This document shows positions 56,572 to 64,000 of a DNA stretch of 64,000 nucleotides, piece by piece. Position 1 is the first letter of the stretch, and every line of letters starts with the position of its first letter. This DNA is from a virus. A model generated the notes under the pieces. The model did no database searches, was not told the DNA's origin, and was given only the letters and a program-made list of their open reading frames with translations. Location of the stretch: positions 67,289 to 131,288 of the IMG/VR virus record IMGVR_UViG_3300031951_000034, one strand, 5' to 3'. A program made the position numbers and the translations under genes.

Positions 56572-56877
56572 ATGCTCAAATACAGTATTTATTTATCCTT
56601 TGTAGTTATTTTTAGTTTAGGAGCATTGGCACAAGAGACGGCAACAACAAGATATACACTAGACTCAAATGATTCTTTTACTTCGCTATTCTTCAATAAT
56701 AGCAATACGTCTTTATTGTATAATGCCTTAAACATGTCTCAGTATTTGAAGTTTAGTTCACCTCCATTGACTCCAACTAGTACTGGTGTAACTGGACAGA
56801 TAGCCTATCAAGATAACTTTTTGTATATTTGTATTAATACAAATAACTGGAGAAGAATAAGAATGGGAACCTGGTAA
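56572..56877 (+). CDS. tail-fibre-associated small protein
   Basis: hydrophobic N-terminus; TSTGVTGQIAYQDNFLYICINTNNWRRI module typical of fibre proteins. Confidence 0.55.
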   Translation: MLKYSIYLSFVVIFSLGALAQETATTRYTLDSNDSFTSLFFNNSNTSLLYNALNMSQYLKFSSPPLTPTSTGVTGQIAYQDNFLYICINTNNWRRIRMGTW

Positions 56878-57233
56878 TGGCTAATACCGATATAGTTGTA
56901 TTACAGGAGCAATCAGATGGATCATTAAAAGAGGTTCTTTTAACTCCTTCCGTAATAAACGCTCAATATGATGTAATTATAGCTAACACAGCGCCAAGTG
57001 TTGCGTCCGTAGCAGACAATCAGATATGGATAAGAAAAACAGATTTACAGCAATTTTTCTTATATAATGATGGAGACACTAGACAGTGGATTCAGCTTCC
57101 TCCAGTTCCACATACGCACTCAGAGTTCCCCACATCCGGTTTCGGTTCTATGGCGTCTCAGCAAAAAGAAAGCGTAGACATAACTGGTGGTACAATATCT
57201 GGAAGTACTTTAATAGACTGTGGTGAATACTAA
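56877..57233 (+). CDS. tail-fibre-associated small protein
   Basis: shares FGSMASQ...VDITGG with downstream fibres; ends IDCGEY. Confidence 0.55.
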   Translation: MANTDIVVLQEQSDGSLKEVLLTPSVINAQYDVIIANTAPSVASVADNQIWIRKTDLQQFFLYNDGDTRQWIQLPPVPHTHSEFPTSGFGSMASQQKESVDITGGTISGSTLIDCGEY

Positions 57234-57286
57234 TAAATAAAATAACTGACACGCGCAACAAGTAATAATATAATAAATCTACTAAA

Positions 57287-58753
57287 ATGGCTAATAAACC
57301 AAAAGTAAAAATTAAAAGAGGAACAAACACTCCAACTTCTTTACTAGAAGGGGAGCTTGCTATTGATCTCTCTAACCAGAATTTTTTCGTTGGAAATACT
57401 TCTGGGACGCCACTTGCTATTGGTGGTTCTGGCACCTTTGCGACAAAAACTTATGTAGATAATGCTATTTCTAGCTCAGGAGGTGGCGGCGGTGGTAGTG
57501 GCACTATGTCTTACCAAAACGCCAATGATGTTACGATCACTGGTGGAAGTATAAATGGAGCTACAATTGGCGCAAGTAGCGCAATGTCTGGTAAGTTTAC
57601 TACAATTGATTCCACTGATAACTTAAATGTTGGTGGAATAGCTACCTTTTCTAATGGGGTAAGAGGCCCATCATCTGGAGGTTTAACCACTTCTCCTATA
57701 AATCTCTTGAGCGATTTATATTCCGTCATGGGCAATACAAAGATTGACCTAAATGGAGGGGGAGCCATACAGGGCCTAGGTGCTCCGGTAAATGATAATG
57801 ACGCTGCAAGAAAAAAATATGTAGATGATGCAGTTGCTGGAGCAGGCAGCGGCGGTACAACTGTATACAATACAACAGTACCTGATGCAACATATAGCGT
57901 GTCAGTGGGGGGTGCTCAGCCTGCTCTTGCAAGTTCATGGAAGCAAAAAACAATTGTTCAGGCATTAGACGAGATTTTATTCCCAACTGTTTTAGCGTCT
58001 ATTGGAACAAATAAATCTGTTTCTTTGTCTGTTGATGGCGACACTGGACTTCTTGAGATAGGTAGCTCATATTCTAGAACTCTCACTGCCACTTTTGGCA
58101 GAGGAACCATTAAAGATGGTAGTGGGGCGACAAACTCAAATCCTTTGGTGGGGGCAGCCATAGATTATACATTTACTGGAACTGGAATATCTAGTACAAA
58201 TCAAACAGGCAATACACTTTCTTTTGATTCTACTGTTGTATCTGGAGCTAACAGCTGGGCAGTTACAGTAACTCATGGACAGGGTTCTGGTGCTTATTAC
58301 GATAATAAAGGAGCAGCAGGAACAAATTTACTTTCATCCAGAGCCGCTGGAAGTACAAGCGATTCTTCTAGTTCTCCATCAATTACGGGGGTTTATCCTT
58401 ATTATTATCTGAAGAGTTCCAGCCCAATTACTGTTTCGCAAATGGTTGAGGCAATAGAAAACGGCACGGCTACCAAGGTTATAGCCACTACAACTGGAAC
58501 AATAACTATTGACCCATATTTATTAAATGCGCAACATTTTGCGGTAGCTTATCCATCAAGTAGCACAGAAAAAACATATTACTATATTGATAACTTAAAT
58601 AAAGGAGCAATTACAATTATTTTTAATCCTGTTTCTGCTCCTCAGAGTGTAGTTACTTCATTGTGGACTCGTAACTACTTGATACATACTACGACTAATG
58701 CGCAAACAAGCGGTAGTCAAACAATTCAATTGAAAAATAACCAAAACCAATAA
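57287..58753 (+). CDS. tail fibre/spike-like protein with Mtd_N-like N-terminus
   Basis: KIKRG...LLEGELAID, ATKTYVD, DAARKKYVD, Gly/Ser/Thr-rich. Confidence 0.7.
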   Translation: MANKPKVKIKRGTNTPTSLLEGELAIDLSNQNFFVGNTSGTPLAIGGSGTFATKTYVDNAISSSGGGGGGSGTMSYQNANDVTITGGSINGATIGASSAMSGKFTTIDSTDNLNVGGIATFSNGVRGPSSGGLTTSPINLLSDLYSVMGNTKIDLNGGGAIQGLGAPVNDNDAARKKYVDDAVAGAGSGGTTVYNTTVPDATYSVSVGGAQPALASSWKQKTIVQALDEILFPTVLASIGTNKSVSLSVDGDTGLLEIGSSYSRTLTATFGRGTIKDGSGATNSNPLVGAAIDYTFTGTGISSTNQTGNTLSFDSTVVSGANSWAVTVTHGQGSGAYYDNKGAAGTNLLSSRAAGSTSDSSSSPSITGVYPYYYLKSSSPITVSQMVEAIENGTATKVIATTTGTITIDPYLLNAQHFAVAYPSSSTEKTYYYIDNLNKGAITIIFNPVSAPQSVVTSLWTRNYLIHTTTNAQTSGSQTIQLKNNQNQ

Positions 58754-58754
58754 T

Positions 58755-61700
58755 ATGCCAATAGGAATCGAGCTCGCAGGTGGAATTTTAGTAGGTACAA
58801 GCAAACCTGTTGATGCTAAATTCGGCCCATACAGTAGCACAAGTGCCGCTCTCAGTGATATAGGAATTACACTTCGTTATAAAGGATTAACAGTTGGTAT
58901 CGAAGATGCTGGTCAAATTAAAGAATATTGGTTTCGTGATGGAGTAACTGACAGCGACTTCATTCAAAAAAATTTAGGTGGAGGCGGTGGAGGTGGAGGG
59001 TCAGTTACTGTTAGTAAAGTATCTACAAATGGTGCGTATAGCGGGGAAATAACAAATGTTACAGGACTTAGATTTGACGAAGACTCGGGGTTTGATGTTG
59101 TAGATCTTGGTAGTGGAAACGCCAAGGTGCAAATGAATAGCACTTTTAAACACTGGCAAGTGGATGGGCAACCAGGTTTAACTGCTCAGGGATTAGACAC
59201 TGTAAATTTTATTGCTGGTACAAACATAGATATCATTGCCAATACCACAAACAAGAGCCTAACATTTAGTACACCTAATTTAAATGTAGGTCCTGGATTA
59301 ACGTATGGATACGATAGTGTGTATAACGTTAATACGCTTTACTTGTCAACACCAATGCCAACGTTTACAGAAGGCACTGGAATAGATATTGGAGTGAATT
59401 CTGTAACCAATGTTGTAACTGTTTCTGCTGCATTAGCCAATACCACGCATGATGATGTAACTCTTAATGATCCAATCATCAATCGACCAAGCATTGAAGA
59501 CCCAACTATTGATATGGGCGGCAACAGCATTACTGGTTTAGGTGAACCAGTAAACTCTAGTGATGCAGCAACAAAGCAATATGTAAATGCGCAGATAGCG
59601 GGTATATCTACATCTGTCTTTAGTTACAAAGGTGGAATAACAAGCGTATATCCAATAGATAGCTCTCTAACTGCAGCATCGCTGGATTTAGATGCACTCA
59701 GCCAAACAGCTGGGTCATATTATAGCGTTAACGGTGATTACCAATTAACAAGCGCAGGGGCTGGATACGACACGCAAGGTAGAGGAAAAGTCAATTTGTC
59801 TTGGGGGGCAGGATCAAATTCTGCTGTGGCTGTTCAGGGAGATGCTCTAGTTAAAACACCAACTGGATGGGATATAATACCGGTCACACAAACTAATTCA
59901 GTTTTTGGTACGATAGCTGTACAAAATGCTGACGCAGTAGCTATCACTGGCGGAAACATCCAAGGCACTGCAATAGGTACAGTAACACCAGGAGTCGGCA
60001 AGTTTACTTCCTTAGAGTCTACGCTGTTTTTAAAGAGCTCTGAGATTGAAACTAGTTTTGTATATGGCTTAACTAATGATATACCTGTTGGTTCCTACGC
60101 AGCCTCAACACAGTGGGTAACGAATGAACTGGCAAAAACAAATAATCATAGAGGGAGTCTACATCAAGCTGCAATGAGTGCCGGTGTAACGTCTGTTTCG
60201 CCCCCTTTAGATTTAGGTTTCCTGGTCAGCGCATGGGGTTCTTACCTTCCAGCTACTCCTGGTCAATTTTTTATTGTAGACACTATTTTTAGTACTAATG
60301 GAAACCCCAGCCAAGAATCTTTGCAAGTTACATGGGAAAACAACCCATGGTACAATAAATTATTTCTAAGAATTGGAGATTTGTTGTTAAGAACTCAAAA
60401 TGGTTGGGTTTGTTTAAGTAATGGAGGAAAAAAGGGTGCCAGTTTGCGCTATTCCGGTACTCTCACCCATGAAACAACATCAGGGGGTAATTTAAACTAC
60501 ATGCTTCCTGATACCACGGAGGGAGCATTATATGTTTGTGCTGACTTAGAGGCTAAGAACTATTACGACATGAACGCAATGTTCAGTATTACACTGTCTC
60601 CTGGAGACGGGTTGTTCAAAGGCCCTACAGGTTGGCAAAAATTGGTGTTGTCGGGAGGTGGAGGTGGAGGTGGAGGTGGAGGTGGAGGTGAAATTGGAGG
60701 ACCTATATCAACTAGCCAAATCACATTAACCGGCTCTAGCCCCGCTGTTAAAATTACTCCAAATTTTGGTTTAGGGTTTTTGTTAAAGGACGAGCTCGAC
60801 AGTAATATACTTCATCTGGGGATGTGGTACGGTAGATCAGGTATAGTCTCCCATACGCCAGACATGCAATTACTTACGCCAAGTAAATTACTCATAGGAG
60901 GAATTAGTGGCGGGTTTGCTAGCACCGCAGAAGAAGTCACAATAGATAGTAATGTAACTAAAATAACGGGACAACTTAAAACAGCTTGGATAGAGCCATC
61001 AACGCCTGGAACATCTATCTTAATCAATTCTGAGTTACTGGTTGGTGCTGGTTTGATTGATCTATCGATGGGTATGGGTTATTCTCGTATTAAGGGGCTG
61101 GGAGAGCCCCAGCACGAAAACGACGCAGTCAGAAAAAAATATGTAGACGACCTAGTTGGGGGTGGTGGTGGCTCACAAAACAGCATAAGTTACAAAGGAA
61201 GGATATCGGAATTAATTGGTTATCCTGAAAATAGCTCGCCTATTAATCTTGATAACGCTAATTTTCAATTATCACAGACCATCGGTTCATATTACGAGAT
61301 AGACATCGACTATCTTCCACCTTCTCCTTCATCATACAATGAAGGATCAGTGATATTCACATACACCGATCCGATAACTCTCTATCCTAAACAAATAACT
61401 GCTAAAGTTGGGGACGGGATATTAAGAACTGCGACTGGCTGGCAAGTATTACTTGGACCCAGACAGCGTGTTGCATTTAGAGGCAACATCAGCAATGTTA
61501 TTATACCAGGAACAATACCCAGCTTTCCGATAGATCTATCTACGTACTTGATGTTTGATCCGCCAGGAACGATATATGTTATAGATAGTGATTACGGAGT
61601 TGTCGGTGGGATTGTGCCGTTTAGTTACATGGATTTAAACACCGCATCTACAGTGACATTAAATCTTGAAAAAGGCGCTGTCATATTAAAAGTTGACTTG

Positions 61701-62336
61701 GCGGGTTGGAGGAAAATAGGTGGAAGCTCTGGTGGAGGCTCTGGTGGAAGCTCTGGACTTAACCTCAAGAACATGTCTTCTGTTTTTCCTCCAGGTATGG
61801 CAACTCCACCTTTTGATTTATCTTACTTAGACCAAGCTACTGGAACTGTGTATCTTGTGGATTACGAGTATAGTGGTACTCCTGGTGTTTCTGTGGCTGC
61901 AACTTATTACGATTATGCTGATTCAAATGCTGGAGTGTTAAAATTAATAGATTTTAAGAAAAATGATTTATTGTTAAAAACTCCTACAGGTTGGATAGAG
62001 ATACTTGCTCCTCACGACGTAAAAACACAGAATATTCAAAGTGAAGGCACATCTCCCAATATAACTAAAATGGTGGGAGATATTAGATTGGTTGGTTCTC
62101 CAGGACCATTTCAGGATGCATACTCAGTAGGATCCGTTTTATCTCACAATGGCATTTATTTAAATGCAAGTGGCGGCGATACCTATTTTAAAGCTGAATA
62201 TGGCGACATAATTTTAGGAGCTAACTATTATCCCGACGCATCAGTCAAAGTCCGTGGGAAACTTGAGGGTATCTCATCTAATTCAGTACCTATCCCTAGA
62301 TTAGAAAATTTTATTATTGATGGTGGAGAGTTCTAA
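58755..62336 (+). CDS. long modular tail fibre protein
   Basis: 1193 aa, poly-Gly linkers, DAATKQYV/DAVRKKYVD, six GDxL(L/V)(K/R)TxxGW-type modules. Confidence 0.75.
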   Translation: MPIGIELAGGILVGTSKPVDAKFGPYSSTSAALSDIGITLRYKGLTVGIEDAGQIKEYWFRDGVTDSDFIQKNLGGGGGGGGSVTVSKVSTNGAYSGEITNVTGLRFDEDSGFDVVDLGSGNAKVQMNSTFKHWQVDGQPGLTAQGLDTVNFIAGTNIDIIANTTNKSLTFSTPNLNVGPGLTYGYDSVYNVNTLYLSTPMPTFTEGTGIDIGVNSVTNVVTVSAALANTTHDDVTLNDPIINRPSIEDPTIDMGGNSITGLGEPVNSSDAATKQYVNAQIAGISTSVFSYKGGITSVYPIDSSLTAASLDLDALSQTAGSYYSVNGDYQLTSAGAGYDTQGRGKVNLSWGAGSNSAVAVQGDALVKTPTGWDIIPVTQTNSVFGTIAVQNADAVAITGGNIQGTAIGTVTPGVGKFTSLESTLFLKSSEIETSFVYGLTNDIPVGSYAASTQWVTNELAKTNNHRGSLHQAAMSAGVTSVSPPLDLGFLVSAWGSYLPATPGQFFIVDTIFSTNGNPSQESLQVTWENNPWYNKLFLRIGDLLLRTQNGWVCLSNGGKKGASLRYSGTLTHETTSGGNLNYMLPDTTEGALYVCADLEAKNYYDMNAMFSITLSPGDGLFKGPTGWQKLVLSGGGGGGGGGGGGEIGGPISTSQITLTGSSPAVKITPNFGLGFLLKDELDSNILHLGMWYGRSGIVSHTPDMQLLTPSKLLIGGISGGFASTAEEVTIDSNVTKITGQLKTAWIEPSTPGTSILINSELLVGAGLIDLSMGMGYSRIKGLGEPQHENDAVRKKYVDDLVGGGGGSQNSISYKGRISELIGYPENSSPINLDNANFQLSQTIGSYYEIDIDYLPPSPSSYNEGSVIFTYTDPITLYPKQITAKVGDGILRTATGWQVLLGPRQRVAFRGNISNVIIPGTIPSFPIDLSTYLMFDPPGTIYVIDSDYGVVGGIVPFSYMDLNTASTVTLNLEKGAVILKVDLAGWRKIGGSSGGGSGGSSGLNLKNMSSVFPPGMATPPFDLSYLDQATGTVYLVDYEYSGTPGVSVAATYYDYADSNAGVLKLIDFKKNDLLLKTPTGWIEILAPHDVKTQNIQSEGTSPNITKMVGDIRLVGSPGPFQDAYSVGSVLSHNGIYLNASGGDTYFKAEYGDIILGANYYPDASVKVRGKLEGISSNSVPIPRLENFIIDGGEF

Positions 62337-62425
62337 AAATAAGTAAACTTAAAATACGAATATAACATTAATTTTTAAAATTTGTTATAGACGATAAAAA
62401 TAATTAGATATAAAATAAAAACAAT

Positions 62426-63217
62426 ATGCCAAATCCTACTATAAAAATTAAAAGAGGTTCAGCTGCGCCTGTTTCATTAAACCCAGGTGAGTTCGCGATG
62501 GACCAAGCCAATAGAAAACTTTACATTGGAAAAAATGATGGAACTCCGCTTGTCGTTGGTGGTGATGGCACCTTTGCTACAAAAACTTATGTAGATACTG
62601 CAATATCTACTGGAGCTGGTTCATTTGGAACCATGTCTGGTCAAAACGCCAACAATGTAACTATTACTGGCGGTAATATAAATGGGACCACAATTGGGGC
62701 AAGCGGACCAATGTCTGGTAATTTTACCAGCTTAGCTACTACGTCTCTTACTGCTACGGGTGGTTCTATTAATAGTGCTACTATAGGTGCCGCTACTCCA
62801 TCTACTGGTGCGTTTACCTCTCTTACCGCATCCACCGCTCCAACATCAGCAAACGATGTTGTCCGTAAATCAGACCTTGATAGTGCTATTTCTGATCTTG
62901 GAAGTGTATTTAGATATGCCGGGGATATAAGTCAAAGTAATGTTGGAACTACAAAAGATTTAAATGATTTGCCAGACAAAGCTACTGGCGCTTACTATAG
63001 AGTAGACGTTGCTGGAGTATATAATTTTGCTTCTGTTAGTTATACACTTAAAGTTGGAGATGCTTTAGTTAGAACTCCTGCTGGGTGGCAAAAACTCGAT
63101 AATGTGGACGCAGAAGTTAAGGGTACTCTTAATGAAATTGTAGTTAGTGGAGATGACAATCTTGGATACACAATATCCATTGATCCAAACTTGACTTTGG
63201 ATTGCGGAACATATTAA
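62426..63217 (+). CDS. tail fibre-like protein with Mtd_N-like N-terminus
   Basis: KIKRGS...LNPGEFAMD, GTFATKTYVD, GDALVRTPAGW; ends LDCGTY. Confidence 0.7.
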   Translation: MPNPTIKIKRGSAAPVSLNPGEFAMDQANRKLYIGKNDGTPLVVGGDGTFATKTYVDTAISTGAGSFGTMSGQNANNVTITGGNINGTTIGASGPMSGNFTSLATTSLTATGGSINSATIGAATPSTGAFTSLTASTAPTSANDVVRKSDLDSAISDLGSVFRYAGDISQSNVGTTKDLNDLPDKATGAYYRVDVAGVYNFASVSYTLKVGDALVRTPAGWQKLDNVDAEVKGTLNEIVVSGDDNLGYTISIDPNLTLDCGTY

Positions 63218-63270
63218 TAAAATAAAAACTTCTATAAGTTTAAAGTTGCAGTAAATATATTCATTCTATA

Positions 63271-63963
<693 letters not shown>

Positions 63964-63967
63964 TATA

Positions 63968-64000
63968 ATGCCAACATTCACAAAAGCATATATTGGTAGT
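63968..64000 (+). CDS. partial ORF at window end
   Basis: ATG at 63968 (MPTFTKAYIGS...) running off the window. Confidence 0.45.
   Translation, partial: MPTFTKAYIGS

Noticed and set aside
60655-61760. (ggaggt)n and ggtggaagctct repeats
   Set aside because: Encode Gly/Ser linkers of the tail fibre; no sign of a separate function.
57287-63217. DGR template/variable repeat pair among Mtd_N-like fibre genes (e.g. ggcacctttgc.acaaaaacttatgtagata near 57431 and 62568)
   Set aside because: Matches are short, inside N-terminal paralogous modules, and differences are not restricted to adenines; ordinary paralogy.

Overview
AT-rich 64-kb segment of a large (jumbo-like) dsDNA bacteriophage genome; essentially all real genes are on the + strand. 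In order: (i) Ycf46-type AAA ATPase / DUF1257 / DUF2997 / DUF3150-like module followed by a retron-type reverse transcriptase (5228-6859); (ii) replication/recombination module (SbcD, SbcC, SF2 helicase, DnaB, DnaG, DnaE split into two ORFs, SSB-like, RecA-like, RuvC-like); (iii) accessory hypotheticals including an AT-hook protein; (iv) ubiquitin-like cassette (Ubl, E2-like, ThiF/E1, JAB) with macro-domain and phosphatase-like genes; (v) three tRNAs, 2OG oxygenase, SET protein, RNase HI, NrdB/NrdA, ThyX, MazG-like; (vi) start of a tail-fibre cluster. Main discovery candidate: the GC-rich 1.07-kb gap between primase and DnaE (15618-16687) is a tandem array of three sequence-divergent but architecturally identical cassettes with retron msr-msd hallmarks (terminal inverted repeats that co-vary between units, an unpaired G-C after the 5' arm, a C-G before the 3' arm, a short first stem-loop, two long hairpins). 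The only RT in the window has no adjacent ncRNA and lies about 8.8 kb upstream. The inference is a phage retron-like system with one RT and several templates supplied in trans. All family calls come from motif recognition by eye, not database searches.
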